The position numbers and the translations under genes were made by a program. A DNA stretch of 64,000 nt from Lama glama (Eukaryota): contig CM052817.1 of NCBI GenBank assembly GCA_028534125.1, positions 22,074,001 to 22,138,000 of the forward strand, written 5' to 3'. The notes under the pieces are model-generated. The model was given only the letters and a program-made list of their open reading frames with translations. It ran no database searches and had not been told where the DNA came from. Below are positions 1-12,100 of this stretch, piece by piece. Every line of letters starts with the position of its first letter. The stretch's first letter is position 1.

Positions 1-708
1 GAAATGTTTGTTTCTCCTCTCCCTTTCTTCTTATTTGTTCATGTATATGTGAATAAAGCCCAATTCAGAAACAACTTGTTTTTAAAAGACTGACGCTAAC
101 ATTTTGGGGGGAAGAATTTTGTGTCAATTTGCTTAAAAACATCTGTGAATAAACAGTAGTTGGAAAAATTGAAAAATAAAACTCTTAAATATTTAGATGA
201 GCAGAAAATCATCATGCAGTTTTTACTTGTCAAATGTGAACATAGTTACTCTACCAGACACTGACCTGCACTACAGATTTCTATTAACAGAATCATAGAA
301 TGTTTTCTTTTACTAGGATTCCTAATAGTTCAAACAAAAGTTACCTACTCCTATTTGTGATGGATTGCTTGCCACCTTTGCCATTTAACATGCAGTAAGA
401 TGACAGGCAACATTAGCTGAATTCTTCAGCCTCAAATTTGCTTCATACTTCTCACCCTCCAGTTGGGAATGAAGAGTCTGTATTGTTGAGGCAGAACATG
501 AAGCCACTATAGATCCTTAGCTAATTGGCCATGGATGATGGGCTGATAGACTGCAAGATGATGGAAACACAGGAATATTCATGTATTCACTCATTATTTA
601 TTCCTCATCTGTGTTAAACAAACATGTATGTCAGATACTGCTGGGTTCTGGAGTTAGAGCAGTGACCAAGAGAAAAAGGGCCCTGATTTAAGTGGCTAAA
701 ACATTATA

Positions 709-832
709 TTGTATATTGTATTATTGTTTGCACTTTTTTATTCTCTTCCTTTTAAGACAGTTGTATATTACTACTTATTGCAATGTGACTTGTCTATGTC
801 TCCCATGGGAAGAATGTATGTGTGTGTATGTT

Positions 833-863
<31 letters not shown>

Positions 864-1208
864 TTTCATCTTCTTTGACTTCGGTCATATGACTTCTGAC
901 TTCTTCTGGACAATAGCTTGCACTTGAACCATATGCACCATGTCCAAGCAGAAATTTAAATGATGTCACAAGTCTCCCCTTCAAGAATTCATATATCTGT
1001 GTAAGTAGTATGATTTTAAATTGAGGCCCAGAATGAAAGAACTTGTGAAACAGAGCTATAGTCTAGCCACAAACTGGCGTAAAACCTAAGCCTGGAGCAT
1101 AACTGCAACACCCAGCAGCATACATGTTATGTGATGGAGAACTAAATCGTTGTTGTTAAGTCATTGTGACTTGGGATTATATGTTACCACAGCAAAGCTG
1201 ACAAATAT
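709..1208 (+). mobile_element. MaLR solo LTR (old MLT1 class)
   Basis: MLT1-type 3' end: taaatcgttgttgttaagtcattgtgacttgggattatatgttaccacagcaaagctgacaaata. It interrupts the L2. Confidence 0.7.
815..861. repeat. Imperfect (TG)n microsatellite
   Basis: Directly visible tgtgtg run followed by tatata. Confidence 0.95.
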
Positions 1209-2406
1209 AGATAATAAATACACAAATAATAACTCTTCAGAAAGTACTAAATTTTATGCAAACAATTAAAATGGCAAAATTGGCATAAAGTTATATGAAT
1301 GATATTTTAGATTTGTTGATTAGGAAATGCCTCTCTGAAGAGGTGATATTTAAGCTGAGACTGCCTTATAGGAAGTCATCAGTTAAAGACAGAAAGGAGG
1401 AAAAAAAAAGGAAAAGCCATTACAAATGTCCTTGAACAAGAAAGAGTGCAATATAAATGAGTATGTTGAAATTCAAGGACAACAAGAAGGCCAGTGTGGC
1501 CTTCAGAGCAAAATGGGTAAGGAAGAATATGACAAGACATAGCTCATGGAGGTAGGCAGATACCAGTTCATGTAGGGCTTCATAAATTAGGTTCAATAGT
1601 TTGAATTTTATGAGAAATAATTGGAAAGGTCAAAGCAAAAGAGACATGTGACCTTATTTACATTTTTAATAGATGACTCTGACTGCTATTTTGACAACTG
1701 GTTTTAAGAGGGCAAAGTAGAAGCTGGGACATATTTGATACTTTGAATTAGTCCAGAGAAGGTGTGGTGATGACTGGATTGGAATTATGAATAATTTAAA
1801 TTTACTTATTGCATATTCAAGTAGATATGTTCTCCAGAGTTCTGGACCCATTATTCTTTTGTCTTAGTGGAGGTAATCCCAGGGAAGCTTTTAAAGAAGT
1901 GGTTTAGTCTGCTTCATTTAGAGTTGTCTGATTAGTTCTTGGGGCAACTTTTGTCTTCACAAAACCAAGTTAGATGCTCCAGTTATGGGGCAAAATTATT
2001 TTATACTACTTTTTTTCTTTTCATCACTGTGAAATAGCATTTCCATCAGTGCTGCTGCCACCAGCACGTGTTGTTACTGCTTGCTTTTCATCTCACCGTG
2101 AAGTATGGTGATCTACTTCAACATTCCCCTTAGAACAAAATAGAAAAAAAATGTTTTTATGCAAATTTAATTTCTTTTGTATTTCAGAATAAATATTGTC
2201 AGATTTAAAAATCAGATTAAAAAATATCAAACTGACTGGCAAGCTTGGTTGTCTTTAAATAGATTTTTTTCTGAGAGCTTATTGTTCAAATAAAACTAAG
2301 TAACTTCTGATTTTCTCATTTGTCAAAAGACTTAGTGGCAAAAATGGAAAAGAAGGCAGTAGGCACATGGGATCAAGTCATCTGATACATTTTCAAGTTT
2401 CTATGT

Positions 2407-2773
2407 TGCTGTGGGTTGAATTGTGTTCCCCTAAAATGCATGTTGAAGGCCTAACCCTCAATTTCACTGTACTTGGAGACAGGACCTGGGATGAGGTGAT
2501 AAAAAGTAAATGAGGTCGTAAGGATGCAACCCTAACTTGATAGGGTTGGTGCCCTTACTGGAAGGGGAAGAGATCCTGGAGCTCCTTCTCTGTACCATGT
2601 GGAGATGGCAGAGAAGGCAGTCATCTACAAGCCAGAGACCTTACTGCACATTGAATTTGCCAGCACCTAGATCTTGGGCTTCCCAGTCTCCAGAACTGTG
2701 AGAAATAAATTTTGGTTGTTTAAGCCACCCAATCTATGCTATTTGGTTATGGCAGTCTGAGCTGTCTAATACA
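2407..2773 (+). mobile_element. MLT1A/B-like MaLR solo LTR, full length
   Basis: Starts tgctgtgggttgaattgtg, contains ccagtctccagaactgtgagaaataaat, ends ctaataca. Flanked by tatgt/catgt (5-bp TSD, 1 mismatch). Confidence 0.92.
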
Positions 2774-3799
2774 CATGTGTTCTCAACAATTAACTGTTTT
2801 AATCAATTTTCCATTTTACTGGGAAACATAATAATCATCATAGCTGTTTCTTTAATCTCTTAAAAAATAGGCAATTGAAGGCTCTGACAAATTCAGTTAC
2901 CTATGTTTTTATTGTTTAGCATGTTTTACTTTTGTCTCTAAGGTGTTTATAATAATTTTAAAGATATTGAATGAGTTTTAATATTAAATTATTTTGAATT
3001 TTTCTGTCAAAGCATATTTTGGAATTTGACAGTAATTTTTCCTTCTTTGTGCTCTTTACGTGACAGATATTTTTCAATTAACTCTTCTACTAATTTTGTA
3101 ATGTTAACTCAGCATTTAATAAATACTAATTGATTTTTTCCATAAGGTTTTTAAAGTCAGGCAGCTTAGCTTATAGATGCTTTTAAGGTTGTATTTCTTT
3201 AAATTATAGATTACTGAAGCACTATTCCTGAGCATAACATTTTCTTAATGTCTCTATTATAATCTTTTATTAAGTATTCTTTTCCCTGAACTATCGTCAT
3301 CCTTCTAAACATCTTTCTTATGCTCCAAACTATAAATTTTCTAATAGTAATAAACATTAGTTTATTTTTTATATTTCCTGTCTTTGTTGCCAAAAATCTA
3401 ACACTTTGTACAATACTTTCTACAAAAACAAGAAAGCCTCCAAATTTTATTTTTCTGATCAATGTTGATATTTTTCTTTTGATACCATTATTTTGCTCAT
3501 AAACCAAAATTGTAGCATTAATTTAACATAAAAGCTTCAAAAACTACAGGAGATAGACTATTTGAGATGACTCACTAAGCATATGAAGCTTAGGCCTTAT
3601 TTATAAAGGCACACAGTGATTAACTTATTAATACAGCTTTTTTCTCTAAATGTTTCAAAAACCCATCCACTCCATTTCCAGAGAATGGCTTATACAAGAA
3701 CCAGATGAATTAAGTAGAATTTCTCAAATCATTTGATACCTGGTATTTCTTTCATGATTCCATGCTGCTTCAAAAACATCTATTGAAAGCATCATAGAC

Positions 3800-3885
3800 T
3801 CATGAGATCGCAAGAACTGAGTTGATACATGTAATTAACTTAGAACAGTGCCTCAAACACAGTAAATGCATATTGATAGCAAAAA
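3800..3885 (+). mobile_element. MIR 3' fragment
   Basis: gatacatgtaattaacttagaacagtgcctcaaacacagtaaatgc resembles the MIR tail. Confidence 0.6.
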
Positions 3886-3919
3886 TTATCTCTGCCACAC
3901 AGATCTTAACAATTATTGT

Positions 3920-3986
3920 TTCTACTACTGTATTGAGAAGAGTACCAAGTACATGGCAGGTTGTCAATAAATTCTGTTGAATTGAC
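3920..3986 (+). mobile_element. L2 3' tail fragment
   Basis: agtaccaagtacatggcaggttgtcaataaattctgttgaattga. Confidence 0.5.
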
Positions 3987-4469
3987 TCCTTACCTTTTAT
4001 TACAGAAGACAGTTTCATCTTTGGTTTTATTTTATAAGTTAGAAATACTAGAAATACATGAGGAATTACTTTCAGGTTTGGCTTCTGTCTACCTGGTTTA
4101 AAGACAACCTCACAAATTCATTTAATTTTCCATTTGAAAAATTTATATGAAAGCAATTTTATTAGGTACCTTCTCATCCAAGGCATAAGTTGACTTAACA
4201 GAATAAATCCCAAAATCTGAAATTGAACCCAAGGAACTCCTGAGCACATCATTCAGCATATTCTCTCAAAGTAAAGGATAAGAAATATGGGCAGAACAAG
4301 TTAAGCAAGAAATTTGAGCCTGAACATCCTGATAAGACAAAGTTTCTCCTTTAAAGCCCTCATATTTCCATATCACTTTGGCTGCCCTGCTTCTTTTAGG
4401 TATAAGGACATCTAATTTATAATTAACAATAAACATTGGAGATATGAAAGTCCTTAATGTTCTATAATT

Positions 4470-4600
4470 CAACCATTTCATTTTTTTAGACAAACGAGCT
4501 GATATTAAAAGATTTGACCTTTTTCACTCAGAGTTAATATTCTAGCAGAAATAGGACTAGAATACAAAACTCCTGGTTCCTGGATGAGGGCTCTTTCCTT
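4470..4600 (-). mobile_element. MIR-family SINE fragment
   Basis: cattttttagac...gcagaaataggactagaatacaaaactcctggttcc...gggctctttcc. Confidence 0.6.
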
Positions 4601-6256
4601 AAGAGTATGTTGACTTATTAGTACTACCAGGTCAGCAGTTGCTGGGAGGAGCTTGATTTCATGATGTAACACTGAGATTAACTGGTTACATTAGTTAAGC
4701 AGAACATGTGATCAGGTACCCAGACATTCTCTAAGCCTAAATCTCCTTTCTCTGGTGCAGAACATTCTAATTATTTCCTCCTGCACATTTTATTTCCTAC
4801 CAGATATGTTTCTGGTGCATAGATGTTGCTTTAAAATGTTTCCTGAATAAATAAATGATGAGGATAGTTGACCTTGTTGCATCAGATTTTATGGAGAGGT
4901 TCTGAGAACATTCAGGACACATGACACACTAATAAAAACTTTTTTCATTTGTGTAATTTCCTTGGTTAGTATTGACAGTACCACAACCTCCAGAAGGAGG
5001 ACTGTCCTTGAATTTAAAAAAACATACATGTTCAGCAGATGTTCCTACATGTGTGTGCACTTTTAAAGCAGGCCTTCAAGCATGCATGTTTTCATCTGGG
5101 CTCTGCATTTGCTAGGCCCTAACAGTATCATCTTTTCCCTACATCTTCCCTGACTTACTGGGAAAAATGAAGCAGCTGCATCAGAGAATCTTTGGTCCCT
5201 TCTAGCTGTTGCATTCCCTGTGATTCTCATATGCTATGCTTCTAATTAAACTCCTTGACGCTAATTAAAAATGAGAATAGAACGAATGCCACTAGCTGAA
5301 TCGAGACTCTCTTTTCCATGAAACTTAGTAAACTCTTCAGAACTGGGCTTTTGGATTTTACTTCTAATTAAGATTCTGCTGGCACTCACACCCTATCATG
5401 TGTACTTTATCATCAGTTCCATAAAAATAATTCCAGACAGTGAATCAGTAAATACCTGTCTTCTCTAAAGTACTGAAATCAGAACAATTTTTTTTTTTCT
5501 GCAGTGCTGCGGCATCCTAATCTGTGGTTTGGCAGATGGCGTGATGCGGTGTGTAATTTGGCGTGCTAAGTCTATCAGCCTGTGGTCACCCTTAGGCATT
5601 TTATTTCTGCAGAAACAATGATGATGGCAAGGACAACATGTGGTGACCCACAGAAACATAATCATGTTAACTCCTGACTCTGCAAAAACTTAACACGTGG
5701 CAATGTGATTAGCATTTTCTGAGGATCCAGCATCTATTAGACAGACCTTTGTTTGACTGTGTTACAATGATTCTGGTTGGTTGGTTCTTTCTTCCATTAA
5801 ATTTACCAAAGAAATGCACTGTAGCAGTGTGAAATTGGAGGTCTGTCAACCGATCAGCATCACCTCTGTGCTTCATGCACTAATAATTTCAACTCATATA
5901 TTTGCTAGTTTTTCTCTTCTCCCTTGCAATTAGGAGACCAGTTTTTGCTTACTATTTTATATCAGCTCTCTATGACATTTTATTTAATTTCAAATGAGGT
6001 AAGATATATTAAGAATGCAAACTTACAAGGCTTATTTTGTGGCAAGAATGATGTATGTAGTAGAAATAGAGATGTGTAAATGTGAATATCTTGAATAAGG
6101 AAACATTAGGTGATCATTTCTTCTTTATTTTGAAAAATGAACAATATTTTAAAGTGGCTCAAACTTAGGTTTATAAAAAATATGAGCCTATATTTGAAGA
6201 ACAAAATGTAACATTATTATTCCCTCCATTTTGTTTTTTAAAAAAAAGGGGCATAT

Positions 6257-6318
6257 CACTGGAATTTGACACAACATTGTAAAATGATTATAAATCAATA
6301 AAAAATGTAAAAAACAAG
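6257..6318 (+). mobile_element. Extremely 5'-truncated young L1 (3' terminal ~55 bp plus A tail)
   Basis: 41/43 identical to the reverse complement of 50117-50159. Has AATAAA and an A-rich tail. Flanked by aaggggcatat / aagggggcatat. Confidence 0.85.
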
Positions 6319-6487
6319 AAGGGGGCATATGATCCCCTCCTTTGAGGGGAAGAATATCTATACAATCAAAGATCAGCTATTAATTTAAGACCTTTAAGTA
6401 AAAGACAAAATAAGTATACTTCATAACGTATGTGTTACCACTTCTTACTGGGGACATGATTATCTATTTTCTTCTCCCTCCATGGTG

Positions 6488-6510
6488 ATATATATATATA
6501 TATATATATA
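6488..6510. repeat. (AT)n microsatellite
   Basis: Directly visible. Confidence 0.95.
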
Positions 6511-6835
6511 GCAAAATCTTAGAAGTGAGGCATCTTCAAAGTGTTTTTCTCCATATATTCTTCCAGTGAGAAAATTCAAAACTGAACAGATCACTTAAAA
6601 TAATTTTTATTTCTTGAGCTCATCTTTGTCCAATCCACAAAGGGACAGGTGAACTTGGTCAAAACTATAGTGAGAATACCAAGTATTTTTTTTTTAACAC
6701 AATAGGCAGAAAGAGGACTTCTTAATCTGAATCTCTGGTCTGTGATGGTAAAGTGATGGAGCCCTAGTCCCCACAAACTTGTTTATGTGGAAGATTTTGA
6801 CCTTCAGAACTCACTGCCTAAATTGCAATTAATTT

Positions 6836-7327
6836 TCCTTTATATTAGCTTGGTTTCTTTTTGTGTTTTTGACTCTATTGTATGCTTTTGATTTGTGGTT
6901 GCCCTGTTTTTCAGGTATGTTAACCCATTACTATATCTGCTTGCTTTAGACGGGTAGTCATGTAGGCTCAAACACATCATGAAAAGAATGAAGAAAAAGA
7001 AAGAGAAAAAAATCTGTATTCTCTCACTCCCCTCTCCCATCTTTTATGAATTTGATGTCCTTTCTTTTTTTAACATCTTCATGTTTATTCTCTTGCAACC
7101 CATTGTCATTATTGCATTTCCAGTTATGGTTTGTTCATTTCTATAGCTTCCTACTTCTTTTCTATTTAGAGTAGATCTTTCAATATTTCTTTTAGGATGG
7201 TTTAGTATTGCTGAATTCTTTACTTTTTTGCTTGTCTGTGAAATTCGTTCTGTCTCCTATTCTAAATGATAATCTTGCCGAACAGAGTATCCTAGGTTGC
7301 AGGTTTTCCTCATTCAGGACTTCGAAT
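6836..7327 (-). mobile_element. Inverted segment of L1 (ORF1 C-terminus plus inter-ORF region)
   Basis: Minus strand reads gaggaaaacctgcaacctaggatactc...gcaagattatcatttagaata..., matching the ORF1 NLQPRIL..ARLSF motif, then continues past the ORF1 end. Confidence 0.85.
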
Positions 7328-8025
7328 GTAGTTTGGTGCAGCTGTTAGGGAAAACACTATGAAGACTCTTCAAAAGACTCAAAATAGACTTACCATATGA
7401 TCCAGCAATCCCACTCCTGGGCATATATCCAGAGAGAATTCTAATTAGAAAAGATACATGCATCCCAATGTTCATAGCATCACTATTTACAATAGCCAAG
7501 ACATGGAAACAACCTAAATGTCCATTGACAGATGACTGGATAAAGAAGTTTGGGTATATTTATACAATGGAATACTACTCAGCCATAAAAATGAATAAAG
7601 TAATGCCATTTGCAGCAACATGGATGGTAGAATGTGAAGTGAAGTAAGCCAGAAAGAGAAAGAAAAATGCCATGTGATGTCGCTCATATGTGGAACCTTA
7701 AAAAAAAAAAAAGACACACATGAACTTATTTAGAAAACAGAAACAGATTCACAGACATAGAAAACAAACTTATGGTTACCAGAGGGGGAAGAGGGTGGGA
7801 AAGGATAAATTGGGAGTTTGAGATTTGCAGATGCTAACTACTATATGTAAAATAGATAAACAATAACTTTAAACTGTATATCACAGGGAACTATATTCAA
7901 TATCTTATAGTAACTTGTGAAAAAGAATATGAAAATGAATATATGTATATATATGTATGACTGAACTAGTAGGCTGTACACTAGCAATTGACACAACATT
8001 GTAAACTGACTATACTTCAAATAAA
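7324..8025 (+). mobile_element. L1 ORF2 3' end plus 3' UTR (cetartiodactyl/camelid-type)
   Basis: ttaccatatgatccagcaatcccactcctgggcatatatcc; ccatttgcagcaacatggatg; ends gacacaacattgtaaactgactatacttcaaataaaaa. Confidence 0.95.
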
Positions 8026-8766
8026 AATTGCAATTCATTTGTATATTTTACATAGAAATATATATTTTCACAATATATATATCCTAATAACCACTTGTAT
8101 ACAATTATCCATAAATAAATATGTGGTTAAGTACTGTATAAAATAGAGGCCATAGAAACTTTTAGGTTAATGGTCAAGGTCTACCAACTATAAGAAGAGT
8201 TTGAGGAGATACATTTTAATTTCTATTCCCAGTCTACTTTAGTGTTACGGGTCTGTGCTCATTCTTCAATATATTTGATGCCTATTGAGACATTCTGCAA
8301 GGGAATAATATCCTTTCACAAAGCTAGAGTTTGAGCACAATCACACTAGAAGTAATTTTGGCCACAGACCCAGGGTATGAAAACTTGAAGTTGTCCTCGA
8401 AAGCCTAAGATCTAAGACATGGGTCTCATCTAATGTCTACTAATTTTAGTGTTGACTTTTTATTTCTGCATCATAGTAGACACTGTGATGGAAGGTTAAA
8501 ACTAGTTACAGGTTCTTAAGTCTTAATGAGAATCCCTAGTTGCTTAAAAGCCTCTGGCCAGGTAAATGTCTTAGCAGGAGATTTAGACTGAGAGCCACAC
8601 AGCTGTCAAAAAATTCCTGTTTCATTTCCTTGTCCTCTTATATCAAGTAAGCCATTATTCATTTTGCCTTTTCTTATCACATTATCTCAGTAGGGAACTT
8701 CGGGAAGTGTATATCAGAGAGTCAGAAGCTTAGGCTTATCTCCTAATTATCGATGGAAAATTAAGT

Positions 8767-9152
8767 GTTGGCTTTTACATTCTGTCTCTAGTGTTAACTA
8801 AGCATAGCCAAGGATAGGCTCCCACTGAAGGCATTACATGTTTAGAGACCGCTGAAAAGGCAGGGGTCCTTTAGCGATTATTTCGGATGACTACGGTGCT
8901 TAGGAATCCCAGAGGAATGGCTGAGAGAGCGAGCCCAGGGATGGCAGTGAAAGGTGGTATAAAGCTCCAGAGTCAGGGGCCACGTCCTGGGAAGATTCTT
9001 GCTCTGACAGTCTCTTCTGCAGCTGCTCTCACCTAAACCAGCTTCTTTACCTCCCTGTAGTCTTCCAGATGTTCTTTCAATAAATTCCTTTTTTGCTGAC
9101 CTTAATCAGTCAAGTATTCCTTTGGTTGGCGATTAAGAATCCTGATGAGTAG
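8767..9152 (+). mobile_element. Old ERVL/MaLR-type solo LTR
   Basis: 3' end caataaattccttttttgctgacc...ggttggcgattaagaatcctgatga is typical of these LTRs. Upstream ggtataaagc. The 5' boundary is uncertain. Confidence 0.55.
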
Positions 9153-12100
9153 AGTTCAACAGAAGAGAACCTATGGAAACCTCTTCATGAAATTCTCTAG
9201 AGTAAGTTTGTTGCAGCCCGAAATGGGATGGTGAAAAGAGGTGTTGCTCAGCAGAGAGTAAGCAAAGTGTCAAAAAATAAGAGGCATACATAATTAGGAA
9301 AAGGGCTACTTGTGACATCTGTGAATTCACAAGAAGACTTAGATTATTCGGTGCCTTCTGTGTGCCAATGAGAGTTCCTCCTGGAAACACTAATGACTTT
9401 GGTTAATATCCAGTTTGAGATCTGTCTCTGTAACCCTGGGAACACACTAACTGATAAAGTGAGGATGATTCTAAAGCTGGCTCACCAACTTCATAAGGAT
9501 TAGTATAGATAATAAATGCTCTAAACTGTAAAGATTTCTGCAGGCATATGACTTATTTTTTATTTTTGCTAATTTAGCATTTTTGGTTTTATTATATAAG
9601 ACGGAAGAAGGCAGGATGTCCACTCTGAAGAAGCCTGAGTACAGAGCTAACTCCTTAGACAGCCATGGTACATGGAAAATGAAATACGAAAAACAAACCT
9701 CAAAGTATAATGGGAACTCATAGGCACAGAAGATTCACAGTCAGACATCTGGTCTAGGTCTTAGAGAATGGCAGAACTTGGACCTTTTGAGTTTGGGAGT
9801 GAAGATTGTATGTGCTCTGCCTGTGGTTTCCTGTGTGTATGTGCTTTTAGTCAGCATGCAACTATCACATTTCTCCAGTGCAGTCTGGTAGGTCAGATAC
9901 ACAGGACTCTAAAACCATTAATGGTTTATTTGCCATCTCTTTCCTTTGAAATTTTTCGGATAAAGTGATTCTGGATGATTGAAGTGTTACCAGATTTCAA
10001 GCCTGCTATAAAATACATGGTTCACTTAATATAAAATAATTCAAAATGATTAACAAATGCTTTGTTTTTATAATAAGCAAACGTAAGTTTTGCCCTATCC
10101 ATTGTGAAATAAATGTCTAAACATTAAGTGAAAAACCAAATAAGGCATCAGTAGAAGGAAATGAGTTATGTTGTTCTTATAATAAGGGTCTTAAAGTCAA
10201 TAGCTTATTAAAATTCTCAGGAAGCTTGATTTAAAAATATATATATCAAAATTCTTTTTTTTTTTTTAAGATTCGTTTGGTCTATTTATCAGTGCTTTGA
10301 GGTCCTTGTTCTGCAGCGACATCTTATGGAGCTGGTTAGTGTGCACAACCATTTAATAACGTCTGGCAGCAGTGATCATTGTTCTAACAGATTTGATGCA
10401 AATGGGATCCCTGCTTGTGCTTTGAATGTGGAAGTAATTAAACTGATGCTATGAGGACTTTTTTTTTTCCTTCTCTGTTGTTGCTTATCTAAATTTCCTT
10501 ATCATGACAACTGTATGACTTTTAAAGCACCCTAAAATATGTATTGAGATCTGAAATTCTCACTGCATATTTCCAAGGCAGGATAGAAAGGGAGAAAGAA
10601 GCTGCTGAATAGTAGAAGGAGTCAACAGTGTACTGTCACCAGTACAGCTGGTGTTTGTTGGCAAGAGTTTTCACTTAAAAATTTTCAGCAGTGCAAATGC
10701 CTTTATTATTATTGGCACTTTTTACTGACTGTGATCACCGGGGTGGGGGAAAGAAAAGAGAAAAGGGAATTGAAGGATTTGAAACTCAGAGAAATAAACT
10801 GTGAAATTCCCTTCAGTACATAAATTTAGCCATTTCTTCTTCTAAATGTGTTCTTTTGACAGAATAACACACGATATTAAACTATAGAAGAGGAAAATTG
10901 ATTCTGGTTTCATATTTTTATGATTGGATTTACATTCTCAAAAAGAGACCTAGATTTGTAATCCAGGTTATAACATCTTTACACAGTCTGCTAGAGGAAA
11001 AATAATTAATCAATGACTTCTAAATCATCTCTGAATTAATCACCTTTTACATTTTGTTTCATATTTACTATCAGGTATGCTACGAAAATTCACTTAAAAG
11101 TCAGAAGCCTTGCACATAGTAAAATTTTACGCAATGTTGTTTAATATGTTAAAAAAAAAACTCAAGGATCAATATAGGAGTAAAATCCCAAAGAGAAATT
11201 TCCATTTGGCTACAGAAATTAAGTCCATAATGAAGAGGGAAAATTATCAAATATGTGACACTGAAAATTCTATTAAATCTTAATCAGTGAATGATCACTA
11301 ATTGTATCAACCACCGCATTCTACCTGAACAAGAGGAGGAAATTGCATTATGTACTTTAAAGTGCATGGTAGCTCTTCTATGCCATTATGATCTCTGGCA
11401 AGTAAAGATCATGGTGAATCTCTGTCTAGTAGCTTGTGATCTTGCTCACATATGAAAATTCCCAGTGTGCCTGGTTAATTATGATTGCACCTTAAGGACC
11501 CTGGACTGTTTTATGTGTACTGCAAACACCCTTTGAAAATAATTGGATTGTCAAGGACCATGTACCAGTGAGAAGATAAATCTAAGATTCTATCCTCCAG
11601 AGATCCTCTAGAGAATACAACTTGCATGCCTTTATTTTCCGGGCCTATCAATTAGAGGAAAAGCTGACCCTGTGACTTAAAATTGTGTGCTGCATCCTGA
11701 GAGACACAGAAAATGCACTCTTTTAGGTAATGAGTTGTGCCTCACACACAGCTGTGCCCAATCAGGTTTATTGCTTTTAAGTGATTATTGGAAGAATTGC
11801 TGGAAATAGAAAAGTTAAAAGTTGGATTGTGTTTGTTGGTGTTGGGGAATATGATGGCTTTGATTTAAGTTATGCAATCTTGAGGGAGCAGTTACTCAAC
11901 TGAATGGACAAATGTGGAAAGCAGTTAGCAACGTGGAACTGAATTTAAGGTGTATGTGTGCCATTAGTTGTATAGATTTGAGAAAACTCCAAAGAGGAGT
12001 GTCGGGTAAAGTGTACTGTGGTTAATTCTTGAAGGATACAATATAGAAAGAGATGACTACAGCATCCAGACCCCAAATAGTGGACTATGAGAGACATGGA

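Larger units (their letters stand above)
576..1790 (-). mobile_element. L2 LINE 3' portion, split by an MLT1 LTR (L2 pieces about 576-705 and 1210-1790)
   Basis: Antisense L2 tail (attcactcattatttattc...gcagtgaccaagag...ggccctg). L2 body resumes after the LTR (gcctctctgaagaggtgatatttaagctgagac; aagaaggccagtgtggc). Confidence 0.8.

Noticed and set aside
5618..5722. C/D snoRNA-like boxes (ATGATGA, CTGA, GTGATTA, CTGA)
   Set aside because: No terminal stem, only 7 nt between the C'-like and D boxes, and no rRNA or snRNA guide recognised.
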